64,000 nt of DNA from Alkalispirochaeta sp. (GCA_965242725.1 CBDESZ010000003.1:1-64000); one strand, 5' to 3'; shown: positions 1 to 10,620, numbered from the stretch's first letter. The notes: generated by a model from the letters alone, not told the origin. Translations and numbers: made by a program.

Positions 1-28
1 CCGGGAATTGACGTCGATAATTGAAATC

Positions 29-1882
29 ATGAAAAAAGTCATCGCCTGGTTTGTGGGAGCATTCGTCATGCCCCCGGTCGTGTGGCTCCTGACGGCGTGG
101 TTTCTGGGACTGTGGGATTTCCAGGAAATGCTGTTGATCGTCCTTTCACCGGTAATCTGGATCTATGTCGGCCTCTTTGTGGCGGGACTCTTTTTCGAGG
201 TGCGGCGGCGGCTGAAACCGGTATCGGTATGCGTCGCAGGGGATCACGATCCCGACTGCATCCGGTCGGCCCAGCGTTCCATCGCGCGGCTTCCGCGCTT
301 CTTTCTCATCATGATGACGATCTACACGGTCTTCGGTACCTACGTCGTCCTGTTGGGGCAGCCCTTCATCGATACGCTGGAATATGTCTTCGCCTTCATG
401 CTCGGTGTGCCGATCATCTTTCTCTTCGCCATTCTCTTTTTCATTCAAATGGTCGCCGCCCTTGATGAGTGCTCCCGGGAAGTCCCCCTTCCGACGGACA
501 TTTCCGGAATTACCCTGAACTTCAAACTGGTGAGCATCTTCCTCTTCAATGTGCTCGGGTTGATCCTGGTGTTCATAACCGGTGCGCTCTCGACGGTCTA
601 CAAGACGCCGCCGGAGACGCTCTTCGCGGTCATGGTCAACCGGTTGAGTGTTATAGGTGCGGGCGGAATCATCTTTACCGCAGTCAATCTCTGGCTCCTG
701 AGCCGGCAGATAACCACCCCCATAAACAGGACGAGCCGGACCGTCCAGGTCCTTGCGGAAGGCGATCTTTCGCGACAGATCGAAATCCCCTCCCGGGACG
801 AGATCGGCTTTCTCGGGCGCAGTTTCAACCAGGCGATGCACTCCCTCTCGGGGATGATCAGGGGTATTAAAAATCAGGCCGATGTGGGGACCGGTATCGG
901 CGAGGAGTTGAAGGAAACGTCGGAAAACGCGGCCATGGCGCTCAACGCCATCAGCGAAAAGGTCTCCGTCATTCAACGGGAAATACGGAGTCTGGGAGAA
1001 GAAATCCGTGTATCCGGCAAGGGTGTGGAAGAAGTGCGCACCTTTGTGGAACGGGTGGAGCGCCTTATCGAAGACCAGAATACGACGATTCAGGCGTCCA
1101 CGGATACGATCAGCACGATGATTGAATCGATCGACGAAATTGTGAATCTTGTGGGCAACAACCGCAGCAGGACGCAGGAACTGGAGTCCTACGCCAGCCG
1201 TGGAGAAGCGGAGATGAGCGAGCACCACAAGGCGATAACGATGGTCGTCCAGTCCGCGGGGTCGATCATGGATATGCTCACCGTCATCAACAAAATCGCC
1301 GCCCAGACCAATCTGCTTGCGATGAATGCCGCCATTGAAGCCGCCCATGCGGGAGACTACGGCATGGGTTTCAGCGTCGTTGCACAGGAAATCCGCACCC
1401 TTGCGGAAAACGCCGCGGAAAATGCAAAAAAAGTAGGACTCTCCCTGAAGGAAGTGATTGAAAAAATCAAGGTTTCCGAGGAGAGCGTCGTGCGGACCGA
1501 AGGAATTTTCGGTCAGATCGTCTCGGAGATCGGCTCGACGGTGGAGGGGATTTCCCGGGTCTATACGTCGGTGCAGCAGTTGAGTGATAACAGCGGCAGC
1601 GTGAACCGCGCCCTGGAGGAGCTCGTTTCACAGACGGGAGAGGTCACGGTGGGTGCCCGCCGGGTGAGTGAACAGATCGCGTCCGTCTCCGCGGCGATGG
1701 TGAATGTACAGACCCTGACGGGAACGGTGGAAACGGGGACGACGGAAATAACGCAACGGGTTGAGGACCTGAATGAAACGGTCAATACCGTTGCGGAAGC
1801 GGGGAGACGCAACGCCGCGACGGTGCGTGAACTGGAGCAGCTGGCGGGACGATTCGTCGTAAACGGTGAAGGAGCCTATTGA
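29..1882 (+). CDS. Methyl-accepting chemotaxis protein (multi-TM sensor, HAMP, MCP signal domain)
   Basis: About 6 hydrophobic segments, HAMP (LAEGDLSRQI...DEIGFL), signalling hairpin IAAQTNLLAMNAAIEAAHAGDYGMGFSVVAQEIRTLAE. ATG at 29 chosen; ORF is open from 8. Confidence 0.93.
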   Translation: MKKVIAWFVGAFVMPPVVWLLTAWFLGLWDFQEMLLIVLSPVIWIYVGLFVAGLFFEVRRRLKPVSVCVAGDHDPDCIRSAQRSIARLPRFFLIMMTIYTVFGTYVVLLGQPFIDTLEYVFAFMLGVPIIFLFAILFFIQMVAALDECSREVPLPTDISGITLNFKLVSIFLFNVLGLILVFITGALSTVYKTPPETLFAVMVNRLSVIGAGGIIFTAVNLWLLSRQITTPINRTSRTVQVLAEGDLSRQIEIPSRDEIGFLGRSFNQAMHSLSGMIRGIKNQADVGTGIGEELKETSENAAMALNAISEKVSVIQREIRSLGEEIRVSGKGVEEVRTFVERVERLIEDQNTTIQASTDTISTMIESIDEIVNLVGNNRSRTQELESYASRGEAEMSEHHKAITMVVQSAGSIMDMLTVINKIAAQTNLLAMNAAIEAAHAGDYGMGFSVVAQEIRTLAENAAENAKKVGLSLKEVIEKIKVSEESVVRTEGIFGQIVSEIGSTVEGISRVYTSVQQLSDNSGSVNRALEELVSQTGEVTVGARRVSEQIASVSAAMVNVQTLTGTVETGTTEITQRVEDLNETVNTVAEAGRRNAATVRELEQLAGRFVVNGEGAY

Positions 1883-1889
1883 TCCGATC

Positions 1890-3722
1890 CTATGTCGATC
1901 CGCCGACGGCAAGTTTGCGGTCTTCCGTATCGATGTGGTGGGCGAGCCAGTTGGCGCAGCACGCGACCAGCTGAGCAACCGGCGCCGATGCCGCGCCGTC
2001 GGTCGGGGAAGACGCCGTTGTCCGCGTGCGCATGCGGGCAAACTCATTGAGAAAGGTGCGATGCAGCCTCATATGCGTTTCCGCCTCGGGAAAATTCGCC
2101 TCCCGCATGAAGCGCTCCTCCTCGGTAAAGCTGCGCGTCGTGTGTTCCTCGATAGCCTGTACCAGTGAATCCGCCCGGGCATGTTCCTTTCCGTCGAGGG
2201 CGACGACATCCTGAAAGAGTCCAAAGAGGCGTTCATGGTTCCTGTCGATTGAGGAGATGCCCACCATGAGGTGCGGCCCCCAGGCGGTCCCGGCGAGATC
2301 TTCAAGCTGCAGCGTTTCGGAGGTGCGAAAGTGGTGCAGTTCCGTGAAGGCCGTATCCATTGTTGATCTGTTGTCTCCGATGAGCGCGGTCATCGCCGAG
2401 GCGTCGTCGTGTATCGTTTCCGCCGCACGCTGGATGGTCGCCGTCTGCTGTGCATTCTCCCGGGAGAGGGTGAGGAGCTTTGTCATCGCCTCACCGATAC
2501 GTTCACCCTCCCTCTTGACCGTCTCGGAATCCTCCATGATCGCCCGGATATCTCCGATCAATTTACGGGTGTGTTCAAGCGCCTTTGCCTGAACGTCAGC
2601 GGAGGTCTTCACGTCGGTGACGATCGTTTCAAAGGCCGTTTCCATTCGGTCAAAATCGCGGGTGATCTCTGCAAATGCGGCGGCGCTCTCGTTGCTCGCC
2701 TCCCGGGCGTCCCGCAGGGCATCCGTCGTCTCCCTGAGCATCCCGTCAATGGTACCTGCATTTTCCCCCGCGGCGTTTGCCAGTTCCCGGATCTCGCCTG
2801 CCAGGACGGCAAACCCGTGCCCCTTTGCCCCGGCCCGGGCCGCCTCGATCGCCGCATTTATGGCGAGGATGTTCGTCTTTTCCGCGATTTCCTCGATATG
2901 GGCCACCGTGGACGCCATCGCGCGTATACGGGAAGCCACTCGCGTCACCGCCTCGTCGGTGCGGTGCACCTTCTCGCCACCCCCGACGGTGACCTTTCGG
3001 ACATGATCAATTTGCACTCGGTGATTGGTGGCGACCTCTATGACGCGATCGGTCTGTACCGAGACGCTTTCAAGGTCGCGCGCCGCGGACTCGAGTGTCT
3101 TTCTGCCGTCACGGCTCCGCGCGGCAAGACTCGTGGCGTCCTTGACGACGGAACGTCCGATTTCCGCCACTTCCGTGGCGGTGCCGTCCAGAAGTCCGCT
3201 CCGTTCGGTCTGGACGGAAATACTCGTGCCCACCGCACCGATCTCGGAGAGGGTGCGGCTCGCCTGATCACTGAGTCTGAAAATGACGCTCTGATTGCGA
3301 TACATGGCGCGCTGAACGGCGGAAACAAATGTGGATAACCTTGAGACGAGACCGTTGAAGCGGTCGGCCATGATTCCGATGGAGTCATCCGAGTTGATGC
3401 CGATCGCGGAGTTGAGAAGACCGTCGCCCTCGCCGATATTTTTCAGCTGTTCACTGACCCGACGGACGGCGCGTTCCATGGTCACCTTCCCGATGAGATG
3501 GGCAACCACGCCGACGACGATGCCCGCGGCGACGCAGCTTGCGGCGAACAGGGGCGGGGGGAATCCGTTTTCATAGGGAATGAAGAGACCCGTATACCAT
3601 GGAAACACGGCGCCGATGGCAACGCCGAACGCGAGAGTGATGTACAGATTACGCCGAATAATGCTCCGCTTTTTCGTCACGTGACCAACCTTTTTAGTGG
3701 AATAGACAACCATACTGTACAA
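1890..3722 (-). CDS. Methyl-accepting chemotaxis protein with C-terminal hemerythrin domain
   Basis: 2 TM, HAMP-like region, [20 protein letters not shown] hairpin, then [14 protein letters not shown]...EE.FM...HMRLH...[10 protein letters not shown] hemerythrin signature. Start uncertain (3722/3713). Confidence 0.9.
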   Translation of the reverse strand: MYSMVVYSTKKVGHVTKKRSIIRRNLYITLAFGVAIGAVFPWYTGLFIPYENGFPPPLFAASCVAAGIVVGVVAHLIGKVTMERAVRRVSEQLKNIGEGDGLLNSAIGINSDDSIGIMADRFNGLVSRLSTFVSAVQRAMYRNQSVIFRLSDQASRTLSEIGAVGTSISVQTERSGLLDGTATEVAEIGRSVVKDATSLAARSRDGRKTLESAARDLESVSVQTDRVIEVATNHRVQIDHVRKVTVGGGEKVHRTDEAVTRVASRIRAMASTVAHIEEIAEKTNILAINAAIEAARAGAKGHGFAVLAGEIRELANAAGENAGTIDGMLRETTDALRDAREASNESAAAFAEITRDFDRMETAFETIVTDVKTSADVQAKALEHTRKLIGDIRAIMEDSETVKREGERIGEAMTKLLTLSRENAQQTATIQRAAETIHDDASAMTALIGDNRSTMDTAFTELHHFRTSETLQLEDLAGTAWGPHLMVGISSIDRNHERLFGLFQDVVALDGKEHARADSLVQAIEEHTTRSFTEEERFMREANFPEAETHMRLHRTFLNEFARMRTRTTASSPTDGAASAPVAQLVACCANWLAHHIDTEDRKLAVGGST

Positions 3723-3766
3723 TACATTTCCCCGTTCTGTCGCCTTTGCCGGGGAAAAAGGTGGTA

Positions 3767-5254
3767 TTATGACTCCCTGGCCGTCCTGTTTCGTCCTCCC
3801 GACTTTGCCCGGTACAGCGCCGTATCCGCTCGGTGCAGCAGCGACTCGAGTGATTCCCCGGCGTGATACTCGGCGACACCGAGACTGACGGTGATCGCCG
3901 TCTCCTCCGTGACCGGCGACGAGGCGACGGCGGCACGTATCTTCTCGGCCATCGTGACGACGTCTTCCATGATCGTATTGGAGGCGACGACGATAAACTC
4001 CTCCCCGCCCCAGCGGGCAAGGAGGTCTGATTTGCGTATCACCCCGGAAACGCGCTCCGCCGTTGCCTTGAGGACGCGGTCGCCCTCGCTGTGGCCGGCA
4101 TGCTCGTTGATGTATTTGAAGTGGTCGATGTCGAGAATGATGATGCTCAGGGGCGTTCCATACCGCTGGGTGCGGTCAAAATCCCGGATCAGCGTCTCCA
4201 CAAGGGCGTGTCTGTTGTACGTGCCGGTCAGCTGATCGATCCTGGCGATGCTCGCGATTCGTTGACGATCGGAAACGATGATCCATGACAACACGCCGGC
4301 GATCAGGAACCCGACGACGGCACTGACGATCATACCCGCAGTCTGTCTCCGCAGCGCCTTGTCGGTTCCGTCGGGATGGACCGAGACGATGTAGCCGATA
4401 TTCCCGCCCCTGATATTCCTCATCGCGTTAAAGAGGACCCGGACATTCTCCCGTCCCCTCCTCACAAAAAAGCCGAAACTCTCCCCGTCGCCCAACTGCC
4501 CGTCAATCACAGGCGTGTAGTCGACGAGGAGCCGCTGAAGGTCCGCCGCCGCGGGCACCGAGCGGTTAATAACGAGGCGGGAGGAGAAGACGCTCTCTTC
4601 ATAGGTGTCCAGCAGTTCCGGAAAAACGGCCGATAGCACAACCTGATCCCGCAGCGCGGAGATGTACTCGCCTCCTTCGACGCTCTTCAGAACCTGGAGA
4701 AATGCATCCATCGAGAATGAAACCTCAACGGTTCCGACGTGTTCCCCTTCATGGGCAAGGGGATAGACAAAACGATATCCGCTCTGAACGCGCCCCGCTT
4801 CAAAGCCCCTCGTACTCCGTTGTTCCCTGTTGGCGACGCGGACGCTCTCCCGTATATCGCCGAGGTAGTCCCCGAAGCGATCGGGACGGTTCATGCGGAG
4901 AAAACTCATTGTGTCGGGAAAGTGAAACTGGATCTGACTTGACCGGAATCCGTTCACTCTCTCGTAGTAGGGAAGCATGTAGTCGTAGAGCCGGGCCCGG
5001 ATCACCTCACGGTCGTCACCGGCCCACGCGGCGCCAACCAGTGCCGGGACAACGCCGTCCCCGGTGAAGGAGTCGAGGGTATAGCGGGAGAAAACTTCCA
5101 GGTCGTCCGCCGACGCCTGGAGACGCAACTGAAACCGATCGATCTGATCGGAGAGGTAGTCGTTCCGCCTGTCATGGTACCGCCCCACCAGAAACGCGAC
5201 GGTAAGAAAAAGCAGGATGCCCCAGACGGTCGAAACAAGAATACGTGTTTTCAT
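3767..5254 (-). CDS. Diguanylate cyclase with periplasmic Cache-type sensor
   Basis: Two TM helices flank a Cache-like region (QFHFPD..SFLRM...GYRFVYP). GGDEF domain has DIDHFK, an RxxD I-site (RKSD) and WGGEEF. Confidence 0.92.
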   Translation of the reverse strand: MKTRILVSTVWGILLFLTVAFLVGRYHDRRNDYLSDQIDRFQLRLQASADDLEVFSRYTLDSFTGDGVVPALVGAAWAGDDREVIRARLYDYMLPYYERVNGFRSSQIQFHFPDTMSFLRMNRPDRFGDYLGDIRESVRVANREQRSTRGFEAGRVQSGYRFVYPLAHEGEHVGTVEVSFSMDAFLQVLKSVEGGEYISALRDQVVLSAVFPELLDTYEESVFSSRLVINRSVPAAADLQRLLVDYTPVIDGQLGDGESFGFFVRRGRENVRVLFNAMRNIRGGNIGYIVSVHPDGTDKALRRQTAGMIVSAVVGFLIAGVLSWIIVSDRQRIASIARIDQLTGTYNRHALVETLIRDFDRTQRYGTPLSIIILDIDHFKYINEHAGHSEGDRVLKATAERVSGVIRKSDLLARWGGEEFIVVASNTIMEDVVTMAEKIRAAVASSPVTEETAITVSLGVAEYHAGESLESLLHRADTALYRAKSGGRNRTARES

Positions 5255-5346
5255 TGTGTAGTTTCAGTGTACCTCAAAATCCGCGGATGTGCGAAAAAAG
5301 GATAATCTTCGTAGCGCCCAGGGCTCCGCTCGCCTATCATGTATCC

Positions 5347-6279
5347 ATGGACGACCCAACCATTTCATGGCTCCTGGAAGGCGACGTCGCCGTCCGGTAT
5401 CAGACCTGTCGCGACCTCCTCGGCGAGGATCGGCCGGATCTGCAGCGGAGCATAGCCGAAGAAGGCTGGGGCGCAGCGCTTCTGGCGCGCCGGAACGTCG
5501 ATGGTTCGTGGGGACGGGGATTCTACCAGCCCAAATGGACAAGCACTCACTACACCCTCCTCGAGCTCCGGGGGTTGAACGTCTCCCCCGACATCCCCGC
5601 CCTGCAACAAAGCGTCCGGTCCATCGCCCGCGACGAAAAGGGGCCGGACGGCGGCATCAACCCCTCGGGGACGATCAACAGGAGCGACGTCTGCATAAAC
5701 GGCATGTTTCTCACCTATGCGTGCTACTTCGGCATCGACGCCGACGCACTGACGTCGGTGGTGGACTTCATCCTGGAGCAGCGCATGGCCGACGGCGGAT
5801 TCAACTGCCGGTTCAATCGCAGCGGCGCCACCCACAGCTCCCTCCACTCCACGCTCTCCGTGGCGGAGGGTATCCTTGAGTACCTGCAGCGGGGCTACAG
5901 CTACCGGGCGGAGGAGCTTGCGGACGCCGCGGCGTCCAGTCGGGAGTTCATGCTTCGTCACCGGCTCTACCGGTCCGACCGGACGGGGGAGGTCATCCAC
6001 CCGGAGTTCCTGAAGTTCACTTATCCGCCGCGCTGGAAGTACAATATTCTCCGCGCTCTGGATTACTTCCGCGCCGCCGACCCGTCCCCGGACACCCGCC
6101 GGGACCCCCGCATGGACGACGCCCTTCATGAAATCCGCGTCCGGCGCCGGCCAGACGGCCGCTGGAACCAGCGCGCCGCCCATCCCGGGGCGGTACATGT
6201 CGTCCTTGAACGAGCGGGCCGGCCCGGTCGCTGGAACACCCTCATGGCGTTGCGCGTTCTCCGTCATTTTTCATATTGA
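5347..6279 (+). CDS. Prenyltransferase/squalene-oxidase-repeat (alpha/alpha toroid) family protein, function unknown
   Basis: Repeated QW-like motifs (RNVDGSW, QRMADGGFNC, RRPDGRW); N-terminus WLLEGDVAVRYQ; C-terminus PGRWNTLMALRVL. Confidence 0.7.
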   Translation: MDDPTISWLLEGDVAVRYQTCRDLLGEDRPDLQRSIAEEGWGAALLARRNVDGSWGRGFYQPKWTSTHYTLLELRGLNVSPDIPALQQSVRSIARDEKGPDGGINPSGTINRSDVCINGMFLTYACYFGIDADALTSVVDFILEQRMADGGFNCRFNRSGATHSSLHSTLSVAEGILEYLQRGYSYRAEELADAAASSREFMLRHRLYRSDRTGEVIHPEFLKFTYPPRWKYNILRALDYFRAADPSPDTRRDPRMDDALHEIRVRRRPDGRWNQRAAHPGAVHVVLERAGRPGRWNTLMALRVLRHFSY

Positions 6280-6348
6280 ACCCTCCGGTTCACCGCGGCG
6301 CATCCCGCCGCCCATTCCCACACCCGCCTCGTTGGGGTACCTTGGCCT

Positions 6349-6552
6349 ATGGACGGACAGAAACGCAGTGACATCAAACCGGGGCTCACCGTCTCGGTCG
6401 TGCAGAAACACCATCAGGCCACCGGTGAACTCACCGAGGGTGTTGTTGACCGCATTCTCACCAAGTCGCCCTCCCATCCCTACGGCATCAAGGTGAGACT
6501 CACTTCCGGCGTGGTTGGGCGGGTAAAGAAAATCCACTCGCCGTCGGTATAG
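6349..6552 (+). CDS. YwbE family (DUF2196) small protein
   Basis: RSDIKPGL.V..VQK..Q.TG.LTEG.V..ILT.S..HP.GIKVRL..G.VGRV matches the YwbE pattern. Confidence 0.88.
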   Translation: MDGQKRSDIKPGLTVSVVQKHHQATGELTEGVVDRILTKSPSHPYGIKVRLTSGVVGRVKKIHSPSV

Positions 6553-6649
6553 ATGCCGGGCCGGACCGTGTCGGAGGCGTTGCCATTCCGGCTGCTGCTT
6601 GAGCTCCCGTGGATCTTCCCGTATTGTTAAAGAAAGGCAGGGAGTGATT

Positions 6650-7606
6650 GTGGGAACGCGCAGACGTGTTGACGGCACATACATCAGAAATCTTCCGCCC
6701 TTTCGGATCATCAACCCCTATGTCATGCGGGGTCGGAACGAATCGGCAATTTACTATACCCAGGTCATCGAGATAGAAGAGACCCATCGCTTTCTGCGGG
6801 AGTACAATCGCGGCCGTACCCGGGAGCGTCGGCTCACGCTCTTTCACATTCTCCTTGCCGCGATGGTACGGACGATCGCGCTGCGGCCAAAGATGAACCG
6901 TTTCGTCTCGGGACAGCGCATCTACCAGCGCAATCAGATCCAGGTCTCGTTCATCGTGAAAAAGGAGCTCACCGACGACGGTGAAGAGACAAACGCAAAG
7001 ATCACCTTCGGCGCACGGGATACCCTGGAGACGGTGCAGCGTCGCGTGCAGTACTACGTGGAAGACGCACGTCGCACAGAAGGCAATGAGAGTGACCGGG
7101 AGATCGCCTTTTTCACCAGGTTGCCCCGTCTCCTGTTGAGAGGCGTCGTCGCCGCATTTAAAACGCTTGATTACTTCGGGATCGCTCCAAGTGAAATGAT
7201 TCGCCTCGATCCGCTGTACACAAGTGTCTACGTCGCCAATCTGGGAAGCGTCGGGCTGGACGCGCCATTTCACCACCTCTACGAATGGGGTACGGCGAGC
7301 GTTTTTGTGGTGATCGGACGGCCCAAACGGATATGGATGGCCAACGGCGACGGCACCTTTTCAAACAGGCTTGCCATCGAACTTCGATATACAATTGACG
7401 ATCGGATAACGGAAGGCATCTACGGTGCCCATTCCCTCCAGCTTTTTCGTGACCTTGTCTCCAGCCCCGAAACACTTTTGGATCCGCCGGAGCTGTCACC
7501 GGAGATCGTTGAAGAACTGAATCTCTCTGAAATTGATCCATCTCTCCCCGACGACTGCGGCGACGCGGACGATCTCGGGGGGTGCGATGATTACGCTGCA
7601 ACTTAA
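6650..7606 (+). CDS. Stand-alone 2-oxoacid dehydrogenase E2-like (CAT-fold) acyltransferase domain protein
   Basis: P.MNRF, ANLGSVG, IDDRITEG motif; no lipoyl or E3-binding domain. Start approximate (ORF open from 6599). Confidence 0.75.
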   Translation: MGTRRRVDGTYIRNLPPFRIINPYVMRGRNESAIYYTQVIEIEETHRFLREYNRGRTRERRLTLFHILLAAMVRTIALRPKMNRFVSGQRIYQRNQIQVSFIVKKELTDDGEETNAKITFGARDTLETVQRRVQYYVEDARRTEGNESDREIAFFTRLPRLLLRGVVAAFKTLDYFGIAPSEMIRLDPLYTSVYVANLGSVGLDAPFHHLYEWGTASVFVVIGRPKRIWMANGDGTFSNRLAIELRYTIDDRITEGIYGAHSLQLFRDLVSSPETLLDPPELSPEIVEELNLSEIDPSLPDDCGDADDLGGCDDYAAT

Positions 7607-8807
7607 CGACAGTTATAAGCCCGTTACCGACGGGGTGGCGGTGTGCGCCGAGAATTACGCCCGCGGTCTCGCCCGCCGTAACGTCCCGGCGGCGGTGGCG
7701 GTTCCCTCTTCACCGGGGTATGTCGACGACGACGAGTTTCCCGTCTTCCGATACCTCTCCCTGCCCGTTCCCGGCTGGCATCCCTACCGTATGGGGATTC
7801 CCCCCGCGGACATGCCGTTCCGGCGCCGGATTCACCGTTGGCTGGACGGCGGCGACCACCGGCGTGACGCCGTCGTACTGCACACCCACGCTCCCTTTGC
7901 CAGCGGCGTTCTGGGACGGCAGCTTCGCCGTCGGCTGCGCGCATCGGGGCGACACGCGGCCCTCGTCGCCACGCTCCACTCAAAGTACCACGAGGATTTT
8001 TCACGGGTCCTGCCGGAGTTCATGGTGACGCAGGTGATCGCCGTGGTTCGCCGTCATCTCGAGGCCGCCGACGCCGTGTGGGTTCCCAACAGCGGAACGG
8101 CACGGACGGCGCGTATCTATGGATACGAGGGTGAGGTGGCGGTGATACCCAACGGATCGGATCTGCCCGCGCCGGAGGACGGCGAGTACGGGAGGCTGCG
8201 GAGAGAGGGCGGCGATCTCCTGCGCGTCCCGGCGGATACGCGGGTCCTCCTCTTTGTGGGACAGCAGCGGCGGGAGAAAAACATCGGGCTCATACTGGAT
8301 GCCCTCGCACGCCTGATCCGTTCTTCTTCGGTCGCCGGCGGTCAGCCGGTTGCGACATCTGTGCCGTCCTGGCGGATGGTCCTTGTCGGCGACGGTCCGG
8401 ATGCACAGGAGATCAGGGAGGAGGTGCACCGCCTGGGCCTGACCGGTGTCGTACACTTCTACGGCCACGTCTCCGACCGGCGCACACTCCGCGCCCTCTA
8501 CGCCCGGAGCGACCTCTTTGTCTTTCCCTCCCTCTATGACAACGCCCCGCTGGTTGTGCGGGAAGCGGCGGCGCACCGCACCCCGTCAATTCTTGCCGAA
8601 GGAAGCGACGCCGCGGGGGAAACCATCGACGGGCGCAACGCCTTTCACGTCGCGCCTGAGGCGGAGGCTCTCGCCTCCCGGATCCGCGACCTTCTTGCCT
8701 CGCCGAAACGGTGCGAAGAAGTCGGCATCGCCGCCGCCCGGGAGGTGTACCGGAGCTGGGATGACGTCGTTGAAGAGGTGCGGGAACGGTACGACATATG
8801 GCGGTGA
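7587..8807 (+). CDS. Glycosyltransferase family 4 (glycolipid-synthase-like)
   Basis: NDSYKPVTDGV N-terminus, HTHAPF, LLFVGQ..REKN, DLFVFPSLYDNAPLVVREAAA; overlaps the upstream stop. Confidence 0.88.
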   Translation: MITLQLNDSYKPVTDGVAVCAENYARGLARRNVPAAVAVPSSPGYVDDDEFPVFRYLSLPVPGWHPYRMGIPPADMPFRRRIHRWLDGGDHRRDAVVLHTHAPFASGVLGRQLRRRLRASGRHAALVATLHSKYHEDFSRVLPEFMVTQVIAVVRRHLEAADAVWVPNSGTARTARIYGYEGEVAVIPNGSDLPAPEDGEYGRLRREGGDLLRVPADTRVLLFVGQQRREKNIGLILDALARLIRSSSVAGGQPVATSVPSWRMVLVGDGPDAQEIREEVHRLGLTGVVHFYGHVSDRRTLRALYARSDLFVFPSLYDNAPLVVREAAAHRTPSILAEGSDAAGETIDGRNAFHVAPEAEALASRIRDLLASPKRCEEVGIAAAREVYRSWDDVVEEVRERYDIWR

Positions 8808-9052
8808 TTCGCGTGAAAGTCGACAAGTTTACCGGATACGGAACGCATGTCCACGTCACGGTCAAGGTGCAGGGTGACTCATCGGCCGCGGATGCGGACG
8901 CGGCCACGGAACGGGTCATGAAGTTCCGGCGTCGAGAAACGGCGCTGCGCTGGGTGCACCATCTCGTGGAAACGGAGTTCGACCCGGAGGAAGACACCAT
9001 CATCTGGGACGACGAGCCGACGCAGAAATGGTTCTACGGAGAAGGGGACTGA
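8798..9052 (+). CDS. Small hypothetical protein (84 aa)
   Basis: Overlaps the GT4 stop; host-like codon usage; no recognised motif. Confidence 0.6.
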   Translation: MAVIRVKVDKFTGYGTHVHVTVKVQGDSSAADADAATERVMKFRRRETALRWVHHLVETEFDPEEDTIIWDDEPTQKWFYGEGD

Positions 9053-9065
9053 CGGCGTTTCCCCC

Positions 9066-9122
9066 TTGACGCATCGTCGGGCTCCTGCTATTGTTATCGA
9101 ACGATGTTCGAAACAATGTTTC
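9066..9122 (+). promoter_or_regulatory. sigma70 promoter and tandem palindromic operator upstream of tetR
   Basis: TTGACG (9066)-N17-TATTGT (9089) with extended TG; inverted repeats TCGAAC-gat-GTTCGA (9097-9111) and GAAAC-aat-GTTTC (9110-9122). Confidence 0.7.
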
Positions 9123-9157
9123 ATACAACATTCAACCAATAGACAGAGAGTTTCAGA

Positions 9158-9775
9158 ATGAGCAAAGACGAAGACAATGTGAAAGAACGCATCCTTGCGG
9201 TGACGATCGATCTCATACGGGCGGAGCGGGACACGGACCGGATATCCATGCGTCGCATCGCCGACGCCGCGGGTGTCGCGGTGAGCATGGTGAACTACCA
9301 CTATCAGACAAAGGCCAATCTCATCGAACGGGCTGTTCAACAGTATGTGGGGAAGGTGATCGCCTCATCCGAAGAGATCGGCGGGGCGGAACCGGCCGCC
9401 CCAAATTCAGCGATCGACATCATGCGTGCCCACCTCTCCGGGGCGGCGCGGTTTCTCATTGAAAACCCGGGAGTATCCCGCGTCTCCATCCTGCGGGACA
9501 TGCACGACCCCCGTCGGGACGACAACACCTCGCAGGTGGCGGCGATGGTGCGCCGCCAGCTTGAAGAAATTGCCGCAGCGGCGGGGTCGGCGGAGGAACC
9601 GCCCCCGGAATACCTGGCCGTCCTTGCCGCGGTCCAGGTAGCGGCGATACAGCACCTCTTTCTGCGCAGCGACGTTGTCCGCGACCAGACGGGACTGGAT
9701 TTTCACGTTCCGGAAGAACGGGAACGCCTTATCGACATGGTGGTCACGACGACTACGGGAGGGATTTTACCGTGA
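9158..9775 (+). CDS. TetR/AcrR family transcriptional regulator
   Basis: N-terminal HTH ERIL.....ISMRRIADAAGVAVSMVNYHYQTK. Confidence 0.92.
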   Translation: MSKDEDNVKERILAVTIDLIRAERDTDRISMRRIADAAGVAVSMVNYHYQTKANLIERAVQQYVGKVIASSEEIGGAEPAAPNSAIDIMRAHLSGAARFLIENPGVSRVSILRDMHDPRRDDNTSQVAAMVRRQLEEIAAAAGSAEEPPPEYLAVLAAVQVAAIQHLFLRSDVVRDQTGLDFHVPEERERLIDMVVTTTTGGILP

Positions 9776-10605
9776 ATATACTTGCAATTATCGGCAGTCC
9801 GAAAGGGAAGGGAACGGGATATCGCATTGCCCGTCGTATCGAAGGGGCGTTACAGACACATGAACCGGTATCCATGGAGTACCTCTTCCTGAAAGAACGT
9901 GACCTCCGGCCGTGTCGCGGCTGTTTTCTCTGTGTCACCAGGGGCGAGGAGCGCTGTCCCCTGAAAGACGACAGGACGGCTCTTGAAGAGAAGATCGACG
10001 GCGCCGACGGAATTATCCTCGTTTCGCCGTGCTACGTGTCCAGCGTCTCGGGACTCATGAAGAACTTCATGGACCGCATGTGCTACACCAACCACCGGCC
10101 CCGGTTCTTCCGGCAGAAACTCTTTCTCGTCGCAAACGGCGGCGCCGGCATGGAGGAGACGTTACAGACCCTTCGCCGCACCCTGGGATCGGGGCCGCGG
10201 GTTGCGGCGGAGCTCGCCTATATCACCCCGCCGTGGCCGCTCGCATCCCGGGTGGAGGCAAAACAGGAGCGCCGCCTCGTCAGGAAGACCGCCGCCTTCC
10301 ACCGGGCGATACAGCGTGATCGGGCGCGGGGCGGTCTCCCGCTGAAACCCTCGTTTTCGGAATATCTCACCTTCAGATTCTTTAAAAAGATCTCCCTGGA
10401 CACCCGGGAGTACCTGACGGCGGACCACCGGTACTACCGCGGGCTCACCACCTACTATCACGACGCACGCATCGGACCGCTGAAACGGATCGCCGCCTTC
10501 GTAGCCCTGGCGGTGGGGATGGTTATGATGCGTGATCTGTCGCCTGCGCCTGCTGCGTCTCCCGCGTCTCATGCACCGAACACGCCGGCGTCACATCGTT
10601 CGTGA
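9772..10605 (+). CDS. Flavodoxin family / iron-sulfur flavoprotein (NADPH-dependent FMN reductase fold)
   Basis: IIGSPKGKG, CRGCFLC...CP, ADGIILVSP.Y...VSG.MKNFMDR; GTGA overlap with tetR. Confidence 0.88.
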   Translation: MNILAIIGSPKGKGTGYRIARRIEGALQTHEPVSMEYLFLKERDLRPCRGCFLCVTRGEERCPLKDDRTALEEKIDGADGIILVSPCYVSSVSGLMKNFMDRMCYTNHRPRFFRQKLFLVANGGAGMEETLQTLRRTLGSGPRVAAELAYITPPWPLASRVEAKQERRLVRKTAAFHRAIQRDRARGGLPLKPSFSEYLTFRFFKKISLDTREYLTADHRYYRGLTTYYHDARIGPLKRIAAFVALAVGMVMMRDLSPAPAASPASHAPNTPASHRS

Positions 10606-10620
10606 CGACCGCGGGAAGGT

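Noticed and set aside
146..1348. Long antisense ORFs (also 11935-13293, 13928-15154, 22193-23614, 60785-62377)
   Set aside because: Shadow frames of well-supported genes in GC-rich DNA, with no motifs.
5347..6279. Squalene-hopene cyclase
   Set aside because: About half the expected length and no DXDD motif; only the repeat fold is supported.
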